Assembly: GCA_046725875.1 (NCBI GenBank)
Contig: JBKOZJ010000136.1
Coordinates: 1-23,524, forward strand
DNA from: Actinomycetota bacterium
GTDB taxonomy: Bacteria; Actinomycetota; Actinomycetes; JAKEEW01
DNA length: 23,524 bases
Reading direction: 5' to 3'
Positions 1 through 7,661 of the stretch are shown in pieces; the first letter of the stretch is position 1, and the number at the start of each line of letters is the position of its first letter. Below the pieces are notes generated by a model. That model worked only from the letters and a program-made list of their open reading frames with translations, made no database searches and was not told the DNA's origin. The translations under genes were made by a program, and so were the position numbers.

Positions 1-2
1 GT

Positions 3-209
3 CTATGGCCCATCGGCGTAGTTTTCAGCCGCGAGGTTCAACCGAGCGCGGGCTCCGCGCTGCCCATTGTCTCCCCGCACCTTCGTATCATCGGTTCCGG
101 CGAGCGCCGCCCTTGTGTCCGGCCTCTCCAAGAGGTCGACCATTGCCTTTTGGACAACCTCGTCAACGTCGTCCATCTTGCGGCGGATGAAAGCACTTCG
201 GGCATGCAT
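3..209 (-). pseudogene. C-terminal fragment of a second large serine recombinase paralog (degenerate remnant; continues past the left window edge)
   Basis: The translation (MHARSAFIRRKMDDVDEVVQKAMVDLLERPDTRAALAG...NYADGP) aligns at about 60% identity to the zinc-ribbon/coiled-coil region (CFLRRKMADVDFVVEQAVLGLLERADTKAALAG...NYAEGL) of the intact recombinase at 282-1733. DNA similarity is visible between 150-235 and 690-790 and stops abruptly near 235. An in-frame stop lies 2 codons upstream of the first Met, and the CPRC zinc-ribbon cysteines are replaced. Confidence 0.6.
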
Positions 210-281
210 AGGCGTCTACCGTGCCATGGTGGCCAACCACTGAGTGCTAACGCCTCAGAGCTGAACCTCGTTCGCAGGCTC

Positions 282-1733
282 CTATTGGCTCCGTCGCGTG
301 ACCTGCGCTCCGAACAGGTCGTCCCTCTTTCCGGAGCCGAGCGGCTGGACCTTGACCTCGACGAGGACGCGGATAACCGCCCTCTTGCGGTCGAGCGATA
401 TCTCGCCGGTCTCCCACCGCCGGCGGATGTCAGGCGTAGTCAGGTCCATCAGGTCCGGGTGGGCTGACTGTGCGCGTGCCTCCGACTCGTACCTCTCCAG
501 CTCAGGGCGGAGCTTTGCCGTGATACGTGCGAGCTGCTCCCCGTCGATGAGCCCTTCTGCATAGTTGTCGGCTGCGACGTTGAGTCGTGCGCGCACGGCT
601 TCCGCGTTGTCGAGAGCTGCCTGCACCTGGGACTCGTCGGCTCCAGCGAGCGCCGCCTTCGTATCCGCGCGCTCCAGCAGCCCGAGAACAGCCTGTTCGA
701 CCACGAAGTCAACGTCGGCCATCTTTCGCCGCAGGAAGCACCTAGGGCATGAGTATGCGTTTATCGTGCCATGCTGCGGCTGGCCGACTAGGGACCGAAG
801 CGGTGTTGGCGGGTCGCAGCGGCCACACAGCGCGATCCCAGTAAGCAGATGCCTCCGGGCTGTGGTGCCGGGTCCACGATTGGCCTTCATGAGCGCCACC
901 AGCCGGTCGTACGTCGACTCGTCTACGATCGGCTCCCAATCGCCCTTGCCAATTACGGCGTTGCTTCCCTGCTTCGCCTGCTTGCGCTTCTGGTGGACGC
1001 GAAGACCAGCGTTGCGCTCCCGTAGAATGACTTGGCGGAGCATGGTGCCGTCCCATTCCTTGCCTCGTGGTGATGGGATGCAGCGCTTACTGAAGTCGGC
1101 GCTGATCGAGCGCTGGCTCTCACCTTCTAGAAGCCGCCTGATCGCCTCCCGGATGACGGCGGCTTGCTCGGGGTGGAGGATGTCACGGGAGCTGACGTAC
1201 CGGCCGTGTTCGTCAGACTCGACCACGCGCTGCCAGCCGTACGGCACGAAACCATGCGGTTTACCAGCCTCGGCGCGTTCCAGAGTCTTCCGTTGGATGC
1301 GGCGGCTCATTTGCTCCACCTCCAGCCGAGCGAAGACGCCCTTCATCCTGGCGTGCGCCCGGCCGCTCGGGGTGGCGAGATCGAATTCGCCACCCACGCT
1401 CGCTAGTGCGATCTGCTTCTTGTCCGCTAAGGCGATGATGTCTTCAAGCTCGCGAGGGGTACGGGTGAGTCGGTCAACGTCCCACACGATGAGCGCGTCG
1501 ATCTTGCCAGCGTCGATGTCCGCGAGGAGTCGCTGATAGTCGGGGCGGTCCTTGGCGTTGTAGGCGCTCCTGTCGTTGTCGACGTACAGAAGCTCGACCG
1601 GCTCGATCACGTCCCAGCCTTTAGCCCTCGCCAGCTTGCGGCAGTCTTCAATCTGGCGCTGAACACCCAGCGCTGTGCCCTCGTCATCCTTGCTGATCCG
1701 CGCGTAGATCGCGGCCCTAACCCAATCCATCAT
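282..1733 (-). CDS. large serine recombinase (integrase/resolvase family, 483 aa)
   Basis: The N-terminus has a resolvase-type catalytic domain (AAIYARISKDDEG...GVQRQ...DRLTR, catalytic Ser context), followed by the recombinase domain, a CxxC zinc ribbon (CGRC...CPRC) and a C-terminal coiled coil. GC content is lower than the surrounding genes. Confidence 0.9.
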   Translation of the reverse strand: MMDWVRAAIYARISKDDEGTALGVQRQIEDCRKLARAKGWDVIEPVELLYVDNDRSAYNAKDRPDYQRLLADIDAGKIDALIVWDVDRLTRTPRELEDIIALADKKQIALASVGGEFDLATPSGRAHARMKGVFARLEVEQMSRRIQRKTLERAEAGKPHGFVPYGWQRVVESDEHGRYVSSRDILHPEQAAVIREAIRRLLEGESQRSISADFSKRCIPSPRGKEWDGTMLRQVILRERNAGLRVHQKRKQAKQGSNAVIGKGDWEPIVDESTYDRLVALMKANRGPGTTARRHLLTGIALCGRCDPPTPLRSLVGQPQHGTINAYSCPRCFLRRKMADVDFVVEQAVLGLLERADTKAALAGADESQVQAALDNAEAVRARLNVAADNYAEGLIDGEQLARITAKLRPELERYESEARAQSAHPDLMDLTTPDIRRRWETGEISLDRKRAVIRVLVEVKVQPLGSGKRDDLFGAQVTRRSQ

Positions 1734-1861
1734 GGATCAGATGATACAGCGATGATGGCTCCGGTCGTCTTCATGATTCTGCCGCTCACAGTGATCTTCG
1801 CGCTGTTCCCAGGTTTCTACGGCTTCACCCTCACGTCCCCCTAGTTGGAGTCATGATGTTG

Positions 1862-2056
1862 ATGGAGACCATCGCGGCGCTCGTGCGCCGATTCTCGGCC
1901 CGGTTACCGGGTGGCCGATCCGATCGAGGCGACGTTCCCGGCTGGGTCCTGATCACGATCATGACGGCCGGCCTGGTCACGGCGCTCTGGGCGATTGCCG
2001 GTCCCAAGCTCGGCGAGCTGCTGACGGACGCGCTCGACTCCGTGACCGGACCGTGA
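1862..2056 (+). CDS. small Flp/DUF4244-like membrane protein of Tad pilus loci (start could also be 1853 or 1856)
   Basis: A roughly 65-aa protein with a charged N-terminus (RGD) followed by a single hydrophobic helix (PGWVLITIMTAGLVTALWAIAG). It is the first gene of a TadE/TadE/Tad cluster, as in actinobacterial tad operons. GGAG lies 11 nt upstream of the ATG at 1862. Confidence 0.5.
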   Translation: METIAALVRRFSARLPGGRSDRGDVPGWVLITIMTAGLVTALWAIAGPKLGELLTDALDSVTGP

Positions 2057-2080
2057 ACCGGAGCACTCACTCGGCCAGAA

Positions 2081-2494
2081 GTGGCTGCTGTTATGACCGG
2101 CGAGAACCACCGAATGCGTCCTTCCGCGGACCGGGGTGCGGCTGTCGTCGAATTCACCCTTGTGACGATCGTGCTTGTCGCTCTCTTCCTCGCCATCGTG
2201 CAGCTCGCCCTCGCGCTGTATGTGCGGAACACATTGGTCGCCGCCGCCGCTGAAGGCGCGCGGTATGCAGCCAACGCTGATCGGGACGTCGCCGATGGCG
2301 AAGCCCGCACACGCCAGCTGGTGTCAGCCTCGCTCGGCGATGGGTTCGCCGGGGACATTCGCGCGGGCCGCGTGATGGTGGACGGGGTGCCGACCGTGGT
2401 GGTTGAGGTCCGCGCCACGCTGCCGCTGGTCGGGCTGGCCGGCCCGGATCGCTTGCTCGTCGTGCGCGGACATGCCTTCGACGAGGAAGGTTAG
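2081..2494 (+). CDS. TadE-like pilus assembly protein
   Basis: N-terminal TadE signature DRGAAVVEFTLVTIVLVALFLAIVQLALALY...AAEGARYAA. The start is uncertain (GTG 2081 or ATG 2093). Confidence 0.75.
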   Translation: MAAVMTGENHRMRPSADRGAAVVEFTLVTIVLVALFLAIVQLALALYVRNTLVAAAAEGARYAANADRDVADGEARTRQLVSASLGDGFAGDIRAGRVMVDGVPTVVVEVRATLPLVGLAGPDRLLVVRGHAFDEEG

Positions 2495-2502
2495 GGAGCA
2501 GC

Positions 2503-3021
2503 GTGCAGCCCCCTCTGGCACGCGTTGGCGTGGTCATGCTGGCAATGCTCGATCCTGGCGATGCGTACGCGGAAGTCGGCGACGAGATCCGGTCTCGGCC
2601 CGATCAGGGGAGCGCGATTGTCGAGTTCTGCTTCCTGGCGCTGCTGCTGATGGTGCCTCTGGTCTACGTCGTGCTCGCGGTCTTCCGGGTCCAGGCCGAG
2701 GCGTACGGCATAACCGCAGCCGCCCGCGAGGCCGGCCGCGCCTTTGTCACAACGGATGAGTCGGTACTGGCGATGGATCGGGCTCGGGTAGCTGCATCGG
2801 TCGCCGCGGCGGACCACGGCGTCGAACTGCCGCCGGACGCGCTGACGATTTCCTGTAGTGCGCAGCCGTGCCTAACCGCGGGCGGCCGCGTGTACATCGC
2901 GATCGACGCGAGCGTGCCGCTGCCCTTCCTTCCGCCGGTACTGGGCGATCGGGCGGCTGCGTCCATTGCCGTACACGCTCGGCACACCGAGGTCGTGGAC
3001 ACCTATCGAATGGTGAACTAG
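2503..3021 (+). CDS. TadE-like pilus assembly protein (second copy)
   Basis: Motif GSAIVEFCFLALLLMVPLVYVVLAVFRVQAEAYGITAAAREAGRA. The GTG start at 2503 is preceded by GAGGAAGG/AGGGAG ribosome-binding sequences. The gene is translationally coupled to the upstream gene. Confidence 0.7.
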   Translation: MQPPLARVGVVMLAMLDPGDAYAEVGDEIRSRPDQGSAIVEFCFLALLLMVPLVYVVLAVFRVQAEAYGITAAAREAGRAFVTTDESVLAMDRARVAASVAAADHGVELPPDALTISCSAQPCLTAGGRVYIAIDASVPLPFLPPVLGDRAAASIAVHARHTEVVDTYRMVN

Positions 3022-3062
3022 TGAGAAGGCTCCATCTCCTGCGATTACGCCGCCCAAGCCGG

Positions 3063-3593
3063 GTGACCCACCGGCTGCAACGTCTCCAGCCAGCCAGCAG
3101 GATCCCTCGCTCCAATCCTGTCCGGGCACGGTGCTCTGCTACTGCGACCGCTAGTGACTGCGGTCAGGCCACGCTCCTTGTCATTGGCCTGGCCGTGGTC
3201 CTGGTCGCTCTGGTGGCGGTGGTCGTCGACGCCTCTCGGCTGTTCCTTTATCGACGGTCGCTCGCTACGGCGGCCGATGGCGCCGCCACCGCGGCGATCC
3301 AAGGCGTGCATGAAGCGGCGATCTATCGTGATCCGGACGCCTTCGCCGACGGAGCGTTACCGATCGATCCGTCGGCCGCAACGGCCGCTGTCCAGCGCTA
3401 CGCACAAGAAAACGATCTCACCGGGCGGTTCGACGATTTCGCCGTCCGGTCGGTGGCGGTAACCGGTACGACCACCGTAACGGTGATCTTCACCGCGACG
3501 GTCGATCTGCCGTTCACGGCAGCGGTCCCTTTAGGGTCCATCGAGCGGCCGCTGATCGTCGTCACCTCCTCAGCGCGGGCGCCGATCGGGTGA
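3063..3593 (+). CDS. Tad-domain (TadE/G-like N-terminal) pilus assembly protein
   Basis: The hydrophobic N-terminal segment followed by VVDASRLFLYRRSLATAADGAATAA matches the putative Flp-pilus assembly TadE/G-like N-terminal domain. The start is inferred at the in-frame GTG at 3063. Confidence 0.6.
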   Translation: MTHRLQRLQPASRIPRSNPVRARCSATATASDCGQATLLVIGLAVVLVALVAVVVDASRLFLYRRSLATAADGAATAAIQGVHEAAIYRDPDAFADGALPIDPSAATAAVQRYAQENDLTGRFDDFAVRSVAVTGTTTVTVIFTATVDLPFTAAVPLGSIERPLIVVTSSARAPIG

Positions 3594-3667
3594 CTTCGCG
3601 CGAGGATCGCCACGCCGCTTACCAGCGTTTCTGTCGTACCCACCGCGATCATCTAGGCTAGATAAGC

Positions 3668-4789
3668 GTGGCTGCCGTGTTTTCAACCGAGGAGATCAGG
3701 GATCTCGAGTCGACGCTGACGTCGATCGAATCCGTGCTCGACCTGGATTCGATGCGACGTGAGATTGCCGACCTCGAGACCCAGGCGGCCGACCCCGACC
3801 TGTGGAACGATCAAGAGCGTGCACCGCGGGTGACGAGCCGGCTGTCGTATCTCCAGGGTGAGCTCGCCCGGGTGTCGAGCCTGCGTCGCAGGCTCGACGA
3901 CCTCGGCGTGCTCGCCGAGCTCGCCGAGGCGGAGGATGACGCGTCCGCTCGGGCGGAGGCCGCCACTGAGCTGGCCACGCTGCGCAAGTCGATTAGCGAA
4001 CTCGAGGTCCGCACGTTGCTCTCCGGTGAGTACGACTCCCGGGAGGCGCTCGTCACGATCCGTGCCGAGGCTGGTGGTGCCGACGCCGCCGATTTCGCCG
4101 AGAACCTCATGCGTATGTATCTGCGCTGGGCCGAGCGGCACGGCTACCCGACCGAGATCTACGACGTGTCCTATGCGGAGGAGGCGGGGATCAAGTCCGC
4201 CACGTTCGCTGTGAAGGCCCCATACGCCTATGGCACGCTCTCGGTCGAGCAGGGAACGCATCGAATGGTGCGCATCTCCGCCTATGACAACCAGGGACGT
4301 CGGCAGACTTCGTTCGCCGGTGTCGAGGTACTGCCGGTCGTCGAGCAAAGCGACCACGTGGACATTCCCGAGGACGAGATCCGCATCGACGTCTTTCGGG
4401 CTAGTGGACCAGGCGGACAGGGTGTCAACACGACCGACTCCGCCGTCCGGATCACTCACTTGCCCACCGGCATCGTCGTCTCTTGTCAAAACGAGCGGTC
4501 GCAGCTGCAGAACAAGGCGCGCGCGATGGAGGTTCTCCGGGCGAAGCTGCTCGAGCGGCGCCGGCAGGAGGAGCAGGCGAAGCTAGACGCTCTAAAGGGG
4601 GACTCCGCCGGATCGTGGGGCACCCAGATGCGGTCGTATGTGCTGCATCCGTATCAGATGGTGAAAGACCTTCGGACCGAGTACGAGACCGGCAATACCG
4701 CTGCCGTCCTTGACGGCGAAATCGACGATCTCATCGAGGCCGGCATCCGCTGGCGGCGCCAGCAGCAGCGCAGCACCGCCGCTGCCTAG
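3668..4789 (+). CDS. prfB: peptide chain release factor 2
   Basis: GGQ motif ([11 protein letters not shown]) and RF2-type conserved blocks ([52 protein letters not shown]). The frame is uninterrupted (no programmed +1 frameshift) with a GTG start. Confidence 0.95.
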   Translation: MAAVFSTEEIRDLESTLTSIESVLDLDSMRREIADLETQAADPDLWNDQERAPRVTSRLSYLQGELARVSSLRRRLDDLGVLAELAEAEDDASARAEAATELATLRKSISELEVRTLLSGEYDSREALVTIRAEAGGADAADFAENLMRMYLRWAERHGYPTEIYDVSYAEEAGIKSATFAVKAPYAYGTLSVEQGTHRMVRISAYDNQGRRQTSFAGVEVLPVVEQSDHVDIPEDEIRIDVFRASGPGGQGVNTTDSAVRITHLPTGIVVSCQNERSQLQNKARAMEVLRAKLLERRRQEEQAKLDALKGDSAGSWGTQMRSYVLHPYQMVKDLRTEYETGNTAAVLDGEIDDLIEAGIRWRRQQQRSTAAA

Positions 4790-4820
4790 TCGCCTGCCGA
4801 GCCCCGGACACCTCCGTAAC

Positions 4821-6020
4821 CTAGTGAGCAGCCTTCTCGGACGTGACCCGTTTTGCGGGCATCCGGCGCTGATCAGCGCCCGCGGTGGCTGGACTCGTTG
4901 GGACAGCTGACGGCGGTGTCATGTTCCTTTTCACCGCGTCGAGAATGCTCATTCCCTGCGCGACGAGTCCGGCTGAGATCTCTCCCAGACCATCGGCGCC
5001 GTTGAGGATGCTGACGTTGGCCCGGGCCAAACCGTTGGCCGCCTCCTTGACGATCTGAGGCAGTTGATCGATGAGCATTCGCTCGAGCGCCACTCGATCG
5101 TTGGAGGCTGCTGCCTCGGCCTGTATGGTCATCCGCTCGGCGTCCGCCTGGGCCAATAGCCGGATTCGCTCCGCGTCAGCCTCCGCAGGCTTGACGACCT
5201 CGGCGACCAACTGTTGCTGCCGGAGCACGGCCGCTCGTTCCGCGAGTTCGGTCTGGGCGGCCACCACGTCCCGCTGAGAATGTGCCTGAGCAAGCGGACC
5301 GGACTGAGCGGCCTCGGCCTGGGCTCGGTCCACTTCCGCCTTGTATTGCGCCTGGACGATGGCGGTCTGCCGGGCATATTCGGCCTGCCTCCGCTGTGCC
5401 TCCTGCTCGGCCTCGGCGGCTGCCTGGGTGGCCTGCGCCTGGGCGATCTTCGCCTGCCGCTGGATTGCTGCGTTATGCGGCGCAGCCATAGCATCGATAT
5501 AGCCGGCGTCGCCGTCGTCGATGGACTGGATCTGCAGTGAATCAATGGTCAGGCCGATCTTCGCCATCTCCGCCTTAGACCCGTCAAGGACCTCCTCCGC
5601 GAGCTTCTGTCGCTCTGTAACAATCTCCTCGACTGTCATCGAGCCAACGATCGACCGCAGGTGACCGGCGAAGATGCGGCCGGTCAGCGTGGCCATCTGA
5701 TCCTGGTTCGAGAGGAAACGCTGTCCGGCGTTGACGATGCTCTCGACGTCGGAGCCGACCTTGAAGGCGATGACGGCGCGTACATTCAGCGAAATCCCTT
5801 GCCTCGTCACGCAGGTCTCGGCGACCTCAGCCTCCTGCATCGAAAGGGTCAGGAACCGCACCTTACGAAAGATCGGCAATACCCAAGCCCCGTGTCCGGT
5901 GACGACGCGGAATGGGGTTCCGGCAGGAGCTCGTTTTCCGCCCGAGATGAGCATTGCCTGGTCGGGCGACGGCACCTTGTACCCGAACATCTTGCGGCCT
6001 CCTGGGACTCCGTCAGTCAT
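4821..6020 (-). CDS. flotillin-like SPFH/band-7 protein (alternative start at Met codon about 5990, giving MFGYKVP...)
   Basis: N-terminal SPFH core (MFGYKVPSPDQAMLISGGKR...FRVVTGHGAWVLPIF) followed by a long Ala/Glu/Gln-rich coiled-coil region typical of flotillins. Confidence 0.88.
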   Translation of the reverse strand: MTDGVPGGRKMFGYKVPSPDQAMLISGGKRAPAGTPFRVVTGHGAWVLPIFRKVRFLTLSMQEAEVAETCVTRQGISLNVRAVIAFKVGSDVESIVNAGQRFLSNQDQMATLTGRIFAGHLRSIVGSMTVEEIVTERQKLAEEVLDGSKAEMAKIGLTIDSLQIQSIDDGDAGYIDAMAAPHNAAIQRQAKIAQAQATQAAAEAEQEAQRRQAEYARQTAIVQAQYKAEVDRAQAEAAQSGPLAQAHSQRDVVAAQTELAERAAVLRQQQLVAEVVKPAEADAERIRLLAQADAERMTIQAEAAASNDRVALERMLIDQLPQIVKEAANGLARANVSILNGADGLGEISAGLVAQGMSILDAVKRNMTPPSAVPTSPATAGADQRRMPAKRVTSEKAAH

Positions 6021-6267
6021 TGGCTAGATCGTCCCACTCCATGACATCGACGGAGCGGGCACCGCGCCAGTCGACGACCAGGACAGTCGTGCCCCTCGGC
6101 AACGGTACGTCGGACCAGGCGATATAGGCTTCGGACCCGCCGCGTATCTTCACGAGAACCTCCCCGGGGCCGGCAGATCCACGGGTGCCAACTATGAGTG
6201 TGCCAACTGCCCCGATTACAGCCTCGTCTCGCACTATTTCGACCGCCTGTTCCAAGATGCCGGGCAC
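6013..6267 (-). CDS. NfeD-like OB-fold protein (short form), partner of flotillin
   Basis: An 84-aa beta-rich protein lies immediately upstream of, and overlaps, the flotillin gene, which is the classic nfeD-flotillin operon arrangement. GTG start. No TM segment was found in the upstream extension. Confidence 0.65.
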   Translation of the reverse strand: MPGILEQAVEIVRDEAVIGAVGTLIVGTRGSAGPGEVLVKIRGGSEAYIAWSDVPLPRGTTVLVVDWRGARSVDVMEWDDLAND

Positions 6268-6389
6268 ACTGTAGCGGGGGCTGGGCCGGTCCGCGGCGGC
6301 AGCGCAGTCGCCTGGCTTTAGTCCGGTTTCGTCCGATCACGCTCTTTTGTAGCCGACGCGTGATCAAACTGATAGCTTCGCGAAAATTC

Positions 6390-6583
6390 GATCTGTGACC
6401 TGCAGTTAGTCACGGAAGGTAAACGAATGACGAATGGCTGATCGCGAATTGATCGGTCGGATGATGGCATTCGTCGCTGATCTTCCCTAGCCTGCTGCCC
6501 GCTCGGGTCCTCCGCATAACACGGACGGCCCCGCATGCGATTTATCGAGAAGAAGCTGACCGTCCAACACTCCCTTGGGGGAC
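6390..6583 (+). promoter_or_regulatory. conserved promoter/5' leader block of LPXTG gene 1 (paralogous to 7465-7661)
   Basis: About 80% nucleotide identity to the region upstream of the second LPXTG gene across roughly 200 bp, including the AGTTnGTnAC...AGGTnAACGnAATnACGAAnGG and CGGATGATGGCAT...CCTGCTGnCCGCTCGGG...TAACACGGACGGCCCCG...TGCGATTTAnCGAGAAGAAGCT blocks. GGGGGAC lies just before the start codon. Confidence 0.5.
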
Positions 6584-7306
6584 GTGGTGTCATTAGCCAG
6601 GAAGCTTGCAGCGATCGCCGGCGGCTCGGTCCTCGGGATTATGGCTGCCATTGCGACCGCCAGTCCGGCCGCCGCGCAGGATGCTGATCCGCCCGGCAAC
6701 AACGGCACGATCAAGGTTGACAACGAACCGTTCGACTCGCATCCCAATAACCAGCCACACGTCGGATGCGTGTTCGAGATTGACTTCTACGGATACGACG
6801 AGGGCGACCTGTCCGCCGACGTCACCTTCGAGGCGCACGCACCCACGACCCGTGAGGACGACGACCAGGTCCTGCTGACAGACACAGTCTTCATCGGCGA
6901 GGACGCCGCCGGCGGCGGCACCGACCTGGACGCCTCAAGACAGTACACATTGGACTTCACCGGCATCACGCCACACTCCAAGCAGGGCTTCCACGTCAAG
7001 CTCACCATCAACGCCGAGGGTTCGATCGGCGCTGCCCTGAAGCACAAGGTCTTCTGGGTGACGGGCTGTGTCCCAACCGAGACACCGTCGAACGGGACAC
7101 CGTCGAACGGGACACCGTCGAACGGGACACCGTCGAACGGGACACCGGGTGGCGGGGCACCGCCGGGCGGTGAGGTCCTGCCAAAGACGGGCTCTGGGTT
7201 CCCCGTAGGCAACGCTGCGCTCCTGGCCATCTTCCTACTGGCAGCCGGCGGCGCACTGCTCGTCTCACGTGGAGTGATTCAGCTGCCCTACCGCCGCAGG
7301 CACTGA
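6584..7306 (+). CDS. LPXTG-anchored cell-surface protein 1 (sortase substrate); TTG 6575 or GTG 6587 are alternative starts
   Basis: It has a signal peptide (VVSLARKLAAIAGGSVLGIMAAIATASPAAAQDA) and a roughly 130-aa mature domain with 2 Cys. A (TPSNG)x4 stalk is followed by LPKTG, a hydrophobic segment (AALLAIFLLAAGGALLV) and a basic tail (YRRRH). Confidence 0.85.
   Translation: MVSLARKLAAIAGGSVLGIMAAIATASPAAAQDADPPGNNGTIKVDNEPFDSHPNNQPHVGCVFEIDFYGYDEGDLSADVTFEAHAPTTREDDDQVLLTDTVFIGEDAAGGGTDLDASRQYTLDFTGITPHSKQGFHVKLTINAEGSIGAALKHKVFWVTGCVPTETPSNGTPSNGTPSNGTPSNGTPGGGAPPGGEVLPKTGSGFPVGNAALLAIFLLAAGGALLVSRGVIQLPYRRRH
7081..7155 (+). repeat. perfect 15-bp tandem repeat gacaccgtcgaacgg x4 plus one degenerate unit (encodes TPSNG repeats)
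   Basis: Four identical units span 7081-7140 and a diverged fifth follows. The array is in-frame within the stalk of LPXTG protein 1. Confidence 0.9.
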
Positions 7307-7330
7307 CCTGGGGGCGCAACACCACTCCCC

Positions 7331-7383
7331 AGCAACCAGTCGCCCCGGCTCCAGCCATGGAGCCGGGCGACTGGTTGCTTTAG
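7331..7383 (+). terminator. long GC-rich hairpin terminator after LPXTG gene 1
   Basis: agcaaccagtcgccccggctcc / ggagccgggcgactggttgct forms a stem of about 21 bp (one bulge) with a short loop, followed by ttt. It starts 25 nt after the stop codon. Confidence 0.75.
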
Positions 7384-7464
7384 AGCGGATTGCGCGCATG
7401 CTTCGATGCGTACTCTCGCCCTTTGCTGCGTGTCGTGGTCGAGCCGATACCTTTGCCGAAAATT

Positions 7465-7661
7465 GTGGCTGACCGTAGTTGGTGACATTAGGTGAACGGA
7501 ATAACGAACGGTCGACCCCTACGTAGACCGCTCGGATGATGGCATCCGTTGCCCGTCTCGCCCTAACCTGCTGTCCGCTCGGGGTTCTTCGTGTAACACG
7601 GACGGCCCCGTGTGCGATTTACCGAGAAGAAGCTCGTCATCCACACACATCCCCGGGGGAC
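7465..7661 (+). promoter_or_regulatory. conserved promoter/5' leader block of LPXTG gene 2 (paralogous to 6390-6583)
   Basis: Same conserved blocks as the gene-1 leader. Local hairpins: ggatg-atgg-catcc, cgggg-N22-ccccg and cgag-aagaag-ctcg. Confidence 0.5.

Noticed and set aside
565-1536. 323-aa ORF on the plus strand (also 1831-2418, 3683-4489, 8940-9500, 10957-11844, 12408-13079, 12724-13335, 18100-18993, 19385-20050)
   Set aside because: All lie antisense to, or overlap, confidently identified genes and have Arg/Ser/Pro/Ala-rich low-complexity translations. These are typical shadow ORFs in high-GC DNA.
210-1852. Invertible-promoter (phase-variation) switch driven by the serine recombinase for the adjacent pilin genes
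   Set aside because: There are no flanking inverted repeats around the 1734-1852 promoter region or around the recombinase gene. The protein is a large integrase-type, not a small invertase-type, recombinase.
3668-4789. Programmed +1 frameshift site in prfB
   Set aside because: The ORF is continuous for 373 codons with no in-frame stop near codon 25. Absence of the frameshift is normal for actinobacterial prfB.
4863-4878. Perfect palindrome ggcgctgatcagcgcc
   Set aside because: It lies inside the flotillin coding region near its 3' end and is most likely coincidental. It is not in a position to act as a terminator for either convergent gene.
6440-6586. Tried to identify the conserved LPXTG leader as a c-di-GMP (GEMM) or c-di-AMP (ydaO) riboswitch
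   Set aside because: I could not find the characteristic conserved stretches of either class. The element remains an unclassified conserved leader.
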